Of a DNA stretch of 64,000 nucleotides, positions 37,602-47,294 are shown one piece after another. The DNA is from Gemmatimonadales bacterium (lineage in GTDB: Bacteria; Gemmatimonadota; Gemmatimonadetes; Gemmatimonadales; GWC2-71-9). A model generated the notes under the pieces. The model ran no database searches. It was given only the letters and a program-made list of their open reading frames with translations, and had not been told where the DNA came from. The stretch is from the NCBI GenBank assembly GCA_036397755.1, contig DASWII010000035.1, positions 43,049 through 107,048 on the forward strand, written 5' to 3'. Position numbers and translations under genes: made by a program. How positions within the stretch are numbered: position 1 is the stretch's first letter; each line of letters opens with the position of its first letter.

Positions 37602-37651
37602 GGTCACTCCCCGAATGTCTTCCAACATCCGTTGATTGCAGTCCAAGAGCG

Positions 37652-38251
37652 TCAGTAGCCTACGTAGGCCACGTTGCGTACATGTGTGTTGACGAGCGTC
37701 CCCATCAGCGCGACACGCTCACGCCACAGCGCGCCCACCTGATCCGGCGCGTACCGTGCGGCCGTGGCCCGGGCAATCCCCTCATCCACGAAGGCAATCC
37801 GGTCTTCGAGATCCGCGATCGTTGCCGCCGTCATTCCCGTCATCACCCGAGGCTCTCGATCCACCGCGTGCAACAGACTCTCGAGCCGTCGTGACTCCGC
37901 CATCCACTGGGCCAATGCCTGCTGCAGATCGGCTTCGGCTCGAACCGCATCCGTAGTGAATGACTGCACCCCCACGAACACCGCCAACATCGCCGCTGCC
38001 GCCATGCCCATGATGCCGGCAGCCCGCCACGCGCCGCGCCGTCGGCCGGCAACGTGCTGCTGCCGAACTACTTCCCAGCGATCGCGTGGCGACTGCAGCG
38101 CCGGCAGTGCGCGAAGCGCGGCAACGCGCTGATGGATAAGCTCGAACTCGAACGCGCACGCTTCACACGTGTCCACGTGCTGGCGTGCCGCCACCTTCCC
38201 TTCTCTGTCGCGCAGCTCCAGGAGCTCCGCCATCGTGAGATGCCTGTACAT
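37652..38251 (-). CDS. anti-sigma factor (zf-HC2 type), single-pass membrane protein
   Basis: HVDTCEACAFEF zinc-finger motif and a central TM segment (AAGIMGMAAAAMLAVFVGV). The start shares one base with the sigma-factor stop. Confidence 0.7.
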   Translation of the reverse strand: MYRHLTMAELLELRDREGKVAARQHVDTCEACAFEFELIHQRVAALRALPALQSPRDRWEVVRQQHVAGRRRGAWRAAGIMGMAAAAMLAVFVGVQSFTTDAVRAEADLQQALAQWMAESRRLESLLHAVDREPRVMTGMTAATIADLEDRIAFVDEGIARATAARYAPDQVGALWRERVALMGTLVNTHVRNVAYVGY

Positions 38252-38787
38252 CAGGCCTCCTCGCCAAGCATGCGTCGCAACCGCACGTGTGCCCGTGAGA
38301 GTTGCGATTTGGAAAAGCTCACCGTCTTCCCCATGAGCCCGGCTATCTCCTCGTGTGTGTATCCCTCGACGTCATGCAGCCAGACCACCGCACGTGCCGT
38401 CGCGGACAACTGACTCAAGACCGTTTCCAGATCCATCGACAGTCCGGTATCAACTCCTGCCGTCCCCCACCCATCGTCACGCCACTCGTCCGTTTCGCGG
38501 TACTTCTCGTGGCGCACGCGAATCAAGGCCTTGCTCGCCGCGATCCGCTTCACCCACGCCGTCAGGCTCCCTGGAACCGACCCCCGAAACCGGCGTATGC
38601 TCTTGCAGATTTCGAGGAAGGTCTCCTGCAACGCTTCTTCGGCATCCTCCGGTGTCGGACAGATGCGTCGGGCGAGCGTGTACACCATCGACTGATAGGC
38701 GCGGTACACCGCCTCGAGCGCATCGAGATCGCCCGTCTTCGCCCGGCGGATCGCGAGCTCGTCTACCGCAACGGCAAGTTCTGGCAT
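38251..38787 (-). CDS. ECF-type RNA polymerase sigma-70 factor
   Basis: Region 2 (AEEALQETFLEICKSIRRF) and region 4 (YTHEEIAGLMGKTVSFSKSQLSRA). Confidence 0.85.
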   Translation of the reverse strand: MPELAVAVDELAIRRAKTGDLDALEAVYRAYQSMVYTLARRICPTPEDAEEALQETFLEICKSIRRFRGSVPGSLTAWVKRIAASKALIRVRHEKYRETDEWRDDGWGTAGVDTGLSMDLETVLSQLSATARAVVWLHDVEGYTHEEIAGLMGKTVSFSKSQLSRAHVRLRRMLGEEA

Positions 38788-39120
38788 GCCCGATAGGATA
38801 GATGCAGTGGGAACAGAAAGGGTCGCATGAGGAGACCTCGAGGTCGAGCACCGACGTGGGGGCGTGCTTGCAAGTCGTGTGCTAACAATTGGTTACAACA
38901 GCGTACTGTCGCGAGGCGACTCGTCGGGCGTCGCCCAGGGAAGCACGAGCCTGTCGACCGTGTTCAGCAGTTCAGCAAGCCGTTCGATGTGATCGTGGGC
39001 CAAACCGAGCACAGCGCGCGAATGGGTTCGTCGACTCGCCGCGAGTAGTGTATCGCGGAGGGCCAGTCGGTTGGGGTTCTCACGTCATAGTCCTGCAGAC
39101 CGCTCAGGTTCCGACGTGAT

Positions 39121-41574
39121 TCAACCGACCACGAGACTGACCAGGCGGTCCTGCACGTACACGACCTTGCGCACGGGCTTGCCGCCCACGAATCGCCGCA
39201 CGCGTTCGTCCGCCGAGGCCAGTCGCACGGCATCGTCTTCCGCGAGGCCTGCCGGGGCAACCACTCGCCCCCGGACCTTGCCATTGACTTGCACGACCAA
39301 CTCCACCGTGTCTTCCCTCGAGAGCTCCGGGTCGGACGTCGGCCAGGACTGCCCGAACACCGAGGCTCCACCGCCCAGACACTCCCAGCACTCTTCGGCA
39401 AAGTGCGGAGCAAACGGCGACAGCATGATCACCAGCGGCCGGAGCAGGTCCGTGGCGACGACGCGATCCCCGGCCTCGTCCTCCCCCCGTCCCCGCAAGA
39501 CGTTGACGTACTCCATGAGCTTCGAGATCGCCGTGTTGTAGCGCAGCGCTTCGCAATCCTCGGCGACGCCGGCGATGGTCTGGTGGAGCTTCCGCACGGC
39601 GGCGTCGGGCACCTCTCCGCCGCCGCCGGCGGTCACCGCACGCACGATCAGATCCCAGACGCGATCCAGGAATCGTCGCAGCCCAGCGATCCCCTCGTCG
39701 CGGAAGTCACCGCCCTCTTGATACGGACCCAGGAACATCAGGTACATCCGAAACGTGTCCGCTCCCCACTTCGTGATGTACTCGTCCGGAATGACCACGT
39801 TGCCCCGAGACTTGGACATCTTCGCGCCATCCTTCACGATCATGCCGTGCGCTCGGAAGCGGACGAACGGTTCCTCGAACGACAGATGGCCAAGGTCGTG
39901 CAGCGCCATGGTGATGAACCGCGCATACATGAGATGCAACACCGCGTGCTCGTTTCCTCCGATGTACGAGTTCACGGGGAGCCACCGCGCCGTGAGATCC
40001 TGGTCGAAGGGACGATCGTCGAACGCGGTGGATGGATAGCGCAGGAAGTACCAGGCAGAGTCCAAAAACGTATCCGAAACATCCGTCTCACGGCGCGCGA
40101 GCTTGCCGCACGTTGGACACGCCACGCGGTACCACTCCTCGTTGCGGGCGAGCGGTGAGACGCCGCTCTCGTCGGGGCGAAAGTCCTCCAGCGGGGGCAG
40201 AATCACGGGCAAGTCACGGTCCGGGACGGGCACGGTACCGCACCGTTCGCAGTAGATGATCGGAATCGGTGGTCCCCAGTACCGCTGGCGCGAGATGCAC
40301 CAGTCATGCAGGCGATACTGCACCGTCGCGGAACCCGCACCTCGCGCCGCAAGCCAACTCGTGATCGCCCGCGCGGCCGCCCGGCACTCCATCGCGTCAA
40401 AGGCACCACTGTTGGTGAGCACGCCGTCCCACCCCGTGAACGGCCGCTCGGCATCCGGGGCGTTGGGCACCACGACCTCCCTGATCTCCAGGCCGTACCG
40501 CGTGGCAAACTCGTGATCGCGCGCATCGTGCGCCGGCACGGCCATGATGGCGCCCGTCCCGTACTCCATGAGCACGTAGTCGGCAATCCAGATCGGAATC
40601 GATTCATTGGTCGCCGGGTTCCGCGCATAGGAGCCTGTGAACACACCGCTCTTTTCGCGCTCGCCGACGCGGCGCGCGACGATATCTTTGGTCGCCGCCT
40701 CTCTGCGATAGTCGCGTACCGCACTGCGCTGCTCGGACGTCGTGAACCGATCCACGAGCGGGTGCTCGGGCGCAAGCACCATGTAGGTCGCGCCGAATAC
40801 CGTGTCCGGCCGCGTGGTAAAGACGCGAATCTCATGTTCCCCTGGTGTCGTGAACACCAACTCCGCACCATCCGAGCGCCCGATCCAGTTCCGCTGCATC
40901 GTGCGGGTCGATTCCGACCAGTCGATCGCGGCGAGGTTGTCCAGGAGCCGCTGTGCGAACCGCGTGATGCGGAAGAACCATTGCTCGAGGAAGCGCTGGT
41001 GGACCTGCGTATCGGGATGGCGTTCGCAGAATCCGTCGATCACCTGCTCGTTCGCGAGCACCGTCTTGCATTCCGGGCACCAGTTCACCGGCGCTTTCTG
41101 CTTCACCGCCAGGCCGGCTTCGTACAGCCGGAGGAAGATCCACTGCGTCCAATGGTAGTACCGTGGATCGGTGGTGCGGACCTCATGGGTCCAATCGAGC
41201 ATCAGCCCGATGCGCCGAAGCTGCTCGCGGAACCGCTGAATGTTGGCCGGAATCAGGTCCGCCGGGTGCGTGTTGACCTTCAGCGCATAATTCTCCGAGT
41301 GGATACCGAAGGCATCGAACCCTATCGGCTCGAAGACATCCCACCCCTGGAGCCGCCGGAATCTGCCGTGCACGTCGGCGCCGATGAACGCGAACACATT
41401 TCCGACGTGCAGCCCTTCGGCCGAAGGGTAGGGGAACATCATGAGGTTGTAGTACGGCCGCACGGAGCCGGCGAGGTCCACGAGGTTCGTGCCGTACTGC
41501 TCCCACAGCGCCTGCCACTTGGCTTCGGTCGCCGTGGGATCGTAGCGATCTGGCATCGGAGGGTGCTCGGTCAT
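39121..41574 (-). CDS. leuS: leucine--tRNA ligase
   Basis: 817 aa. PYPSAEGLHVGN (HIGH region), KMSKSRGN (KMSKS) and a CP1 editing-domain region. Confidence 0.95.
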   Translation of the reverse strand: MTEHPPMPDRYDPTATEAKWQALWEQYGTNLVDLAGSVRPYYNLMMFPYPSAEGLHVGNVFAFIGADVHGRFRRLQGWDVFEPIGFDAFGIHSENYALKVNTHPADLIPANIQRFREQLRRIGLMLDWTHEVRTTDPRYYHWTQWIFLRLYEAGLAVKQKAPVNWCPECKTVLANEQVIDGFCERHPDTQVHQRFLEQWFFRITRFAQRLLDNLAAIDWSESTRTMQRNWIGRSDGAELVFTTPGEHEIRVFTTRPDTVFGATYMVLAPEHPLVDRFTTSEQRSAVRDYRREAATKDIVARRVGEREKSGVFTGSYARNPATNESIPIWIADYVLMEYGTGAIMAVPAHDARDHEFATRYGLEIREVVVPNAPDAERPFTGWDGVLTNSGAFDAMECRAAARAITSWLAARGAGSATVQYRLHDWCISRQRYWGPPIPIIYCERCGTVPVPDRDLPVILPPLEDFRPDESGVSPLARNEEWYRVACPTCGKLARRETDVSDTFLDSAWYFLRYPSTAFDDRPFDQDLTARWLPVNSYIGGNEHAVLHLMYARFITMALHDLGHLSFEEPFVRFRAHGMIVKDGAKMSKSRGNVVIPDEYITKWGADTFRMYLMFLGPYQEGGDFRDEGIAGLRRFLDRVWDLIVRAVTAGGGGEVPDAAVRKLHQTIAGVAEDCEALRYNTAISKLMEYVNVLRGRGEDEAGDRVVATDLLRPLVIMLSPFAPHFAEECWECLGGGASVFGQSWPTSDPELSREDTVELVVQVNGKVRGRVVAPAGLAEDDAVRLASADERVRRFVGGKPVRKVVYVQDRLVSLVVG

Positions 41575-41622
41575 CGTGCCCCTAATCTAGCCACACACGC
41601 TGAACACTCTCGTCCTCTGGGC

Positions 41623-43245
41623 TCACGCGGTGCGCGCGTTGCCCGGAAGGCGTTGTCCCGACAGATCCGCGATTCTGACCTCCAGGACGTCCGAGAGCTG
41701 CGCGAGTTCCGTCAGCACTGCCGGCGCCGGCACATTGTCCACCACGATCGCGGCCAGGACATCCACAGCTTCGTGGTTGCGGCGGGACTGATGATAGGAC
41801 GCGATGTTGATATCAGCCCCGCCCAGAATCGTGCCCACGCGACCGATCACACCCGGGACGTCACGGTTCCGAATGACCAACACGTGTCCCTCCACCGGTA
41901 TGTCGACGATGAAGTCGTCCACGCGAATCACTCTTCCGAGCCGATCGCCGATGAATGCCCCGACGACCGTCGTGCGCCGGTCCGTGGTCTCGACCGTCAC
42001 CCCCACAGTGGTTTCGAATCCGGCAACGGGATTGCCCACGCGGCGTGAGACGGCCATGCCGCGCTCCGCCGCCAGCGCCGCCACGTTCACCAGACTGACT
42101 GGACCGACCCCGATGGCCGTCAGCACTCCTTCCACCGCTGCCAGCATGACCGGCTTCGGGGCCTCGTCGTCCGCCCCGCCATACGCCACTTCCACCGCCT
42201 GCGTGCGACCGTGCGCGATGCTGGCAGCGAGGCAACCCACCCGCCGTGCCAGTTCGAGGACTCCCGCCAGACGCCCCAAAACCTTCCCACTCACGCCGGG
42301 CAGGTTGACGGCTCCGGCAATCGATCCGGACAAGAGCGCATCCCGAACCGCCTGGCAGATCTCGCGCGCAACGCGGTCCTGCGCCTCCGTGGTCGAGCCC
42401 GCCAGATGGGGGGTGAGAATCACGCCCTCCAGGGTGCGGAGCCGGGAATCCGCCGGGAGCGGTTCGGGATCGAACACATCGAGTGCCGCGCCGGCCAGGG
42501 CGCCCGAGGCAACCGCGTCAGCCAGGGCGTCGTCGTCGATCAACCCGCCCCGCGCCGTGTTGACGACCACCGCGGTGGGACGCAGTAGCCTCAGACGTCG
42601 TGCGTCGAGCAGGTGCTTCGTTTCCTCGTTGAGCGGGAGATGAAGCGACACGACGTCCGCCCGCGGCAGCAAGTCGTCGATGGACAGGAGTTCCGCACCG
42701 AGTGAGCGCGCGCGGGGCTCCGGCAAGTACGGGTCGTGCGCCAGGATTTCCATGCCGAACGCCCGGGCGATCTGCGCGACGTGTTGGCCGATCCGGCCCA
42801 GTCCGACGATCCCGATCGTCTTCCCCCGCAATTCGCGGCCCGGAAACGCTTTGCGATCCCATTTTCCCTCGCGCATGCTGTTGACCGCCCATGGGATCTT
42901 GCGTTGGAGCGAGAGCAAAAGGGCGAAGGCATGCTCCGCCGCGCTGACCGTGTTGGCCCCGGGAGCGTTGAGCACGACGATCCCCCGGCGTGTCGCCGCA
43001 TGCACATCAACGTTGTCGACACCGGTCCCGGCGCGCGCGATCACATGCAGATCATGCGCGGCCGCCATCATGGCGTCCGTGACCGTCGTCTCCGATCGCA
43101 CGATGAGCGCGTGCGCCCGTGCGAGGGCCGCCGGCAGTTCCGCGGGAGCCCCCGCGGTGGAGACCAAGTCGAAAGACGGTTCGGCCCGGAGGATGTGATA
43201 CCCGCTCTCGGCGATGCGGTCCGCCACCACAACCACGTACTTCAC
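41623..43245 (-). CDS. serA: D-3-phosphoglycerate dehydrogenase (long form with ACT domain)
   Basis: GTG 43245 overlaps the upstream stop (GTGA). GIVGLGRIGQHVA NAD motif and a C-terminal ACT-like region. Confidence 0.9.
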   Translation of the reverse strand: MKYVVVVADRIAESGYHILRAEPSFDLVSTAGAPAELPAALARAHALIVRSETTVTDAMMAAAHDLHVIARAGTGVDNVDVHAATRRGIVVLNAPGANTVSAAEHAFALLLSLQRKIPWAVNSMREGKWDRKAFPGRELRGKTIGIVGLGRIGQHVAQIARAFGMEILAHDPYLPEPRARSLGAELLSIDDLLPRADVVSLHLPLNEETKHLLDARRLRLLRPTAVVVNTARGGLIDDDALADAVASGALAGAALDVFDPEPLPADSRLRTLEGVILTPHLAGSTTEAQDRVAREICQAVRDALLSGSIAGAVNLPGVSGKVLGRLAGVLELARRVGCLAASIAHGRTQAVEVAYGGADDEAPKPVMLAAVEGVLTAIGVGPVSLVNVAALAAERGMAVSRRVGNPVAGFETTVGVTVETTDRRTTVVGAFIGDRLGRVIRVDDFIVDIPVEGHVLVIRNRDVPGVIGRVGTILGGADINIASYHQSRRNHEAVDVLAAIVVDNVPAPAVLTELAQLSDVLEVRIADLSGQRLPGNARTA

Positions 43246-44330
43246 GCCATCACCTCCTCGACAACGCCGAGCAACGCTTGCAGTCGTTCCGGGGAATGAT
43301 CGCCCATGTGACCAATCCGGAACGTCGTCGTTTTGAGCTTGCCGTATCCCGTGCCGACGATCCACCCCTTATCACGGATCGCGTAGGCACAATCGCGCGC
43401 GTTGCGTCCTGCGGGAACGGTGAGACATGACACCGTCCAGGATCGGCGGCCTTCCGCTGGCAGCAACCCTACCCCCAACTCCGCCCCGCGGTTCTGCGTC
43501 CAAGCTTCCACCATCTCGCGCATGCGCTGGTGTCGCTCCCACCGTGCCGTGACTCCGCCCGTCTCTTCAATGCGCTGCATCTGCGCGTCCAGTGCGTACA
43601 GCAATGAAAGCGCCGGTGTGTTCGTCGGCTGGTAGTCGGCCGCGGCCTGATCGAACGCCAGCACGTCGAGATACGCCCCCCGCTCGGGGACGGTCTTGGC
43701 GCGTTCGATCATCCGTTCCGACGCCACGCCCACCGAGAGACCCGGAGGCAGGGCCAGGGCCTTCTGACTCCCCGTGAAGACGAAATCCAGTTTCAAGGCG
43801 TCCGTTTCGACCGGCGAGCCGCCAAGCGAGGTGACGGCGTCCACGAGCAAGAGCACGTCGTCACGCTCGTGCACCACCTGCGCTAGCTGCTCCAGGGGCG
43901 CCAACGCGCCCGTCGACGTCTCGGAGTGTACCAGCGTCACCGCGTCCACCTCCGTCCGTCGCAGGGCGTCGCGTAGCATGTCCGGCTCCACCGTGCGCCC
44001 GTAGGGGACCTCGAGGCGCATGACTTCCCGGCCTGTCGCGGCCACGATGGCGGCAAACCGCTCGCCGAACGCCCCGCCGACCAGTGAAAGCGCACGCTGA
44101 CGCACACCCGAACGGACCGCCATCTCCATGAACCCCGTTGCCGCACAGGTGCCGACGAGCACTCGCCGTTTGGTGCGGCAGAGACGTTGCAGGGGGCCTT
44201 CGAGCCGCCGCATGAGGTCGACCATTTCCCGACCGCGGTGCGCGATCATCGGCCGCGTCATCGCGGCCAGTACATCGGGATGGACTTCCGTGGGGCCCGG
44301 GAGGAAGAACTGTCCGAACTCCGGCGTCAT
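43242..44330 (-). CDS. class V aminotransferase (phosphoserine / serine-glyoxylate aminotransferase-like)
   Basis: FLPGPTEVHPDVLAAM N-terminus and the FTGSQKAL PLP-Lys motif. Sits directly upstream of serA. Confidence 0.8.
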   Translation of the reverse strand: MTPEFGQFFLPGPTEVHPDVLAAMTRPMIAHRGREMVDLMRRLEGPLQRLCRTKRRVLVGTCAATGFMEMAVRSGVRQRALSLVGGAFGERFAAIVAATGREVMRLEVPYGRTVEPDMLRDALRRTEVDAVTLVHSETSTGALAPLEQLAQVVHERDDVLLLVDAVTSLGGSPVETDALKLDFVFTGSQKALALPPGLSVGVASERMIERAKTVPERGAYLDVLAFDQAAADYQPTNTPALSLLYALDAQMQRIEETGGVTARWERHQRMREMVEAWTQNRGAELGVGLLPAEGRRSWTVSCLTVPAGRNARDCAYAIRDKGWIVGTGYGKLKTTTFRIGHMGDHSPERLQALLGVVEEVMA

Positions 44331-44342
44331 GGCATCAGTTCC

Positions 44343-45416
44343 TCACTCGACGAGGCGCAGGCGCGGGTTCGGCCGGTACTGGCGACCCACCTTGGCGCAA
44401 GGTTCGCCGTCCACCATGACGATGTCGGCCGTGAAATCGAACTTCCCTTCGTTGGCGAACAGTGAGGACCCGACACCGTACGCGTCGCACGGAACCTTCA
44501 GCTCCTCGAACTCACGGATCTTTTCGGCGGTGAATCCACCCGACACCACGATCTTCACCTCGTGGAATCCTTCGGCGTCGAGTGCCCGTCGGACATTGGC
44601 GACCAACTGCGGATTCACTCCGCGGGGATCGAACGCCCCCATCAGCGGAACGACGGACTTGTCGACGAGCGTGCGTGACGTGTCGAGACGGACCGCATAC
44701 AGGCGGTCTCCGAGTGCACGCGCAACCGCGAGCGACGTGCCGACACTGTCGTTCTCGAAGTCGACCAAGCTGATCAGCTTGACGTGCACAGGCATGTGTT
44801 CCGCGAATTTTTCACTGGCCAGCACCGTGTCCCCACCGTACGCCGCAATCAGTCCATGGGGCACCGTGCCAACCCCTTCCGATCCCCACCACGACGCCTG
44901 CGCGTCCGTGGACACCCCGATCGCCCCAGCAATGTGCGCCGCGTAACCATCGCCGGTTTGCACGAGCCAGTGATCGTGTCGCGCCGGGAAGAACATCACT
45001 TCTTTCGGCTTCGCCGCATCCACCACGCGCCGCGTGTTGGTCGCGACGCGCGTGCGCCGCGCCAGCACGCCAAGGTACAGCGTCTCCAAATGTGCGAACG
45101 CGTCATACGGCCCCTCGACCGTCAACACCGATTCCCACGGCTTGACGCGGTCACCGTCGAACAGCGCCTTGACGACGAGATCACCCCACGAGAACGCACA
45201 GAGCTTGAGGATCGCGATCGCCTCGTCCATGCCGCCAAGCACGCCCTCCGACTTGGTGAACACTTGCATCGTGACATGCGGGTGGTGATCGTCCGCCACC
45301 AAGATGTCGCGCGCTCGCTGAAAGTACTTGTCGCTGTAATACCCGGCGCGCATCTTGTCGACCGGGAGATGGAAGATCGCGGAGTCGAGCCGCTCACGCC
45401 TTGCGGCCACGAGCAC
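44343..45416 (-). CDS. nicotinate/quinolinate phosphoribosyltransferase family protein
   Basis: YYSDKYFQRARDIL..., RLDTS and VSGGF blocks typical of type II PRTases. Start uncertain: GTG 45416 chosen; track ORF extends to 45572, overlapping the GT2 gene. Confidence 0.65.
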   Translation of the reverse strand: MLVAARRERLDSAIFHLPVDKMRAGYYSDKYFQRARDILVADDHHPHVTMQVFTKSEGVLGGMDEAIAILKLCAFSWGDLVVKALFDGDRVKPWESVLTVEGPYDAFAHLETLYLGVLARRTRVATNTRRVVDAAKPKEVMFFPARHDHWLVQTGDGYAAHIAGAIGVSTDAQASWWGSEGVGTVPHGLIAAYGGDTVLASEKFAEHMPVHVKLISLVDFENDSVGTSLAVARALGDRLYAVRLDTSRTLVDKSVVPLMGAFDPRGVNPQLVANVRRALDAEGFHEVKIVVSGGFTAEKIREFEELKVPCDAYGVGSSLFANEGKFDFTADIVMVDGEPCAKVGRQYRPNPRLRLVE

Positions 45417-46122
45417 TCCCGTTCCTGGTGACGGTGTACCGCAGGGCGCGGCGCCCCATCCAGCGCACGCCGAACGCATCATGTACTCCCCGGACCGCGC
45501 GCCGCCACATGCCGTACTTGCTGCGGCCTGCGAGGCGGGGCCGATGGCGTACCGGATGTTCCCGCACGACACCGCCGTGATATTGAATGAGCGCCGGCAA
45601 AAAGCGGTGCATGCCGTCGAACCGAGGTAACCGCCGCACGGCGTCGGCCCGCATGGCTTTGAGCGAGCATCCGGTGTCGCGAATGCCGTCGGCCGTAATC
45701 CAGCTCCGGACGGTGTTCGCCACCCTGCTTTGTACCCGCTTCCAGCGCGAATCGCGCCGCTCGGTGCGAAAGCCCACCACCGCGGTCAGCCGCGCGTCCG
45801 CTTCCAGCGCGGTCAACATCGCCGGAATGTCCGCCGGGTCGTTTTGGCCGTCCGCATCCATCGTGACGATCACTCCTCCCCCGGCCGCGTCAAAGCCAGC
45901 CGCAATGGCGGCACTTTGGCCGGTGTGGGTTTGCAGCACCACGGTGCGCAGGTTCGGGAACGCGCGGGTCAGATCGCGCAGCCGCTCGAGGGATCCATCG
46001 GTCGAGCCGTCGTCCACCGCAATGACCTCGTGCCGCACCGATCGCAGGGCTTCCGTAAGCTCGGCGATGACCGGCTCGAGGTTGTCGCGCTCGTTGAACA
46101 CGGGCAGTACGAGAGAAACCAC
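45394..46122 (-). CDS. family 2 glycosyltransferase (polyprenyl-phosphate sugar synthase-like)
   Basis: SLVLPVFNE, AVDDGSTDGS and VTMDADGQNDP (DxD). GTG 46122 is preceded by GGGAGGTGGAGGAG. The longest ORF starts at TTG 46185. Confidence 0.8.
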   Translation of the reverse strand: MVSLVLPVFNERDNLEPVIAELTEALRSVRHEVIAVDDGSTDGSLERLRDLTRAFPNLRTVVLQTHTGQSAAIAAGFDAAGGGVIVTMDADGQNDPADIPAMLTALEADARLTAVVGFRTERRDSRWKRVQSRVANTVRSWITADGIRDTGCSLKAMRADAVRRLPRFDGMHRFLPALIQYHGGVVREHPVRHRPRLAGRSKYGMWRRAVRGVHDAFGVRWMGRRALRYTVTRNGSARGRKA

Positions 46123-46253
46123 CCGCTCCTCCACCTCCCGTGAGGTCGAGCCGAGGAACGTATCCCCGGCCGGTATGGGAATCAAGTTGACAAGCTCGCG
46201 CGGATTTCGGTTAATTCGCGTGCCAGTAACCTACTCACAGCAAGGCGAAGATC

Positions 46254-47294
46254 ATGACAGAGAATCTGAGTCGGCGATCGTTCGTGGGCGCCGTGTCTGC
46301 GGTCGCGGGAGGTATTGGACTTGGAGTCGAACCCGCGCTGGCTGCTCCGGCCGTCCGGCGCTCGAAGCAGGGGCGCGCCGCCGCCGTCGCCTCCAGTAAT
46401 GGACTCCGGGCTGTCCAGCGGGCCGGGGAACTCCTCGCCGAAGGGATCGATACGCTGGATGCCGCCATCGAGGGAGTGAAGATCCAGGAGCTGGATCCGA
46501 ACGACCAATCGGTAGGGTACGGTGGGCTGCCCAACGAGGAGGGGGTGGTGCAGCTGGACGCCTCGTGCATGCACGGACCGTCCAAGCGCGCCGGGGCCGT
46601 CGCGGCACTCGAGGGGATCAAGACTCCGAGCGTCGTCGCCAAGTACGTCTTGCTGTACACCGATCACGTGATGCTGGTCGGAGAAGGCGCGAAACGTTTC
46701 GCGCTGTCCTACGGATTCAAGGAAGAAGACCTGCTGACGGAAGCCTCGCGCGAACGGTGGCTTCGATGGCGCGCCAACCGTGGCGCCGCGGACGACTGGC
46801 TCGACGTGCCCGACGATGCCCCCGACATGGGGCGCGTCACGGGCACGATCAACTGCAACGTGGTGAACGCCGACGGTGACTTGTCGTCGGTCACCACGAC
46901 CAGCGGCCTGTCCTGGAAGATCCCCGGCCGGGTCGGTGATTCTCCGATCATCGGCGCCGGCCAGTACACGGACAACGACGTGGGAGCGGCGGGCTCCACC
47001 GGGCGAGGCGAATCGGCGATTCAGACCTGTGGGTCGTTTCTGGTTGTCGAGTTCATGCGACGAGGCATGGCTCCAACGGATGCGTGCCTCGAGACGCTGC
47101 GGAGAGTGCTCACGATGTCGGAGCCACGTCTCATCGGCGACGATGGGCGTCCGACGTTCGGCTTGAGCTTTTATGCCGTCAATAAGCGCGGCGAGTTCGG
47201 TGCGGCGACGTTTACTCCGTCACGCTATGCCGCGTGGAATGGCGAAACCGCCGCCCGCTACGACACGGCGTACCTCTTTGAGCAGTCGCGGTGA
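46254..47294 (+). CDS. N4-(beta-N-acetylglucosaminyl)-L-asparaginase / Ntn-hydrolase asparaginase-2 family, TAT signal
   Basis: SRRSFVGAVSAVAGG leader. TTSGLSWKIPGRVGDSPIIGAG and GSTGRGE blocks. Confidence 0.85.
   Translation: MTENLSRRSFVGAVSAVAGGIGLGVEPALAAPAVRRSKQGRAAAVASSNGLRAVQRAGELLAEGIDTLDAAIEGVKIQELDPNDQSVGYGGLPNEEGVVQLDASCMHGPSKRAGAVAALEGIKTPSVVAKYVLLYTDHVMLVGEGAKRFALSYGFKEEDLLTEASRERWLRWRANRGAADDWLDVPDDAPDMGRVTGTINCNVVNADGDLSSVTTTSGLSWKIPGRVGDSPIIGAGQYTDNDVGAAGSTGRGESAIQTCGSFLVVEFMRRGMAPTDACLETLRRVLTMSEPRLIGDDGRPTFGLSFYAVNKRGEFGAATFTPSRYAAWNGETAARYDTAYLFEQSR

Noticed and set aside
40306-42048. 580 aa + strand ORF spanning the leuS-serA junction. The same applies to 39289..40158, 56542..57630, 57910..58971, 36018..36875, 46182..46667 and 47258..48508.
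   Set aside because: These are antisense to confidently identified genes (leuS, serA, gyrA, PDZ/padR, asparaginase, Omp85-like). Their composition is biased toward R/H/P/G and they cross real gene boundaries.
44331-44345. In-frame TGA between the PRTase gene and the downstream aminotransferase (same frame, 12 nt apart). I considered it as a second Sec/readthrough candidate.
   Set aside because: The two products are complete, unrelated families. The TGA is part of GAGTGAGGAA, which serves as the SD for the aminotransferase ATG. No catalytic residue is expected there.
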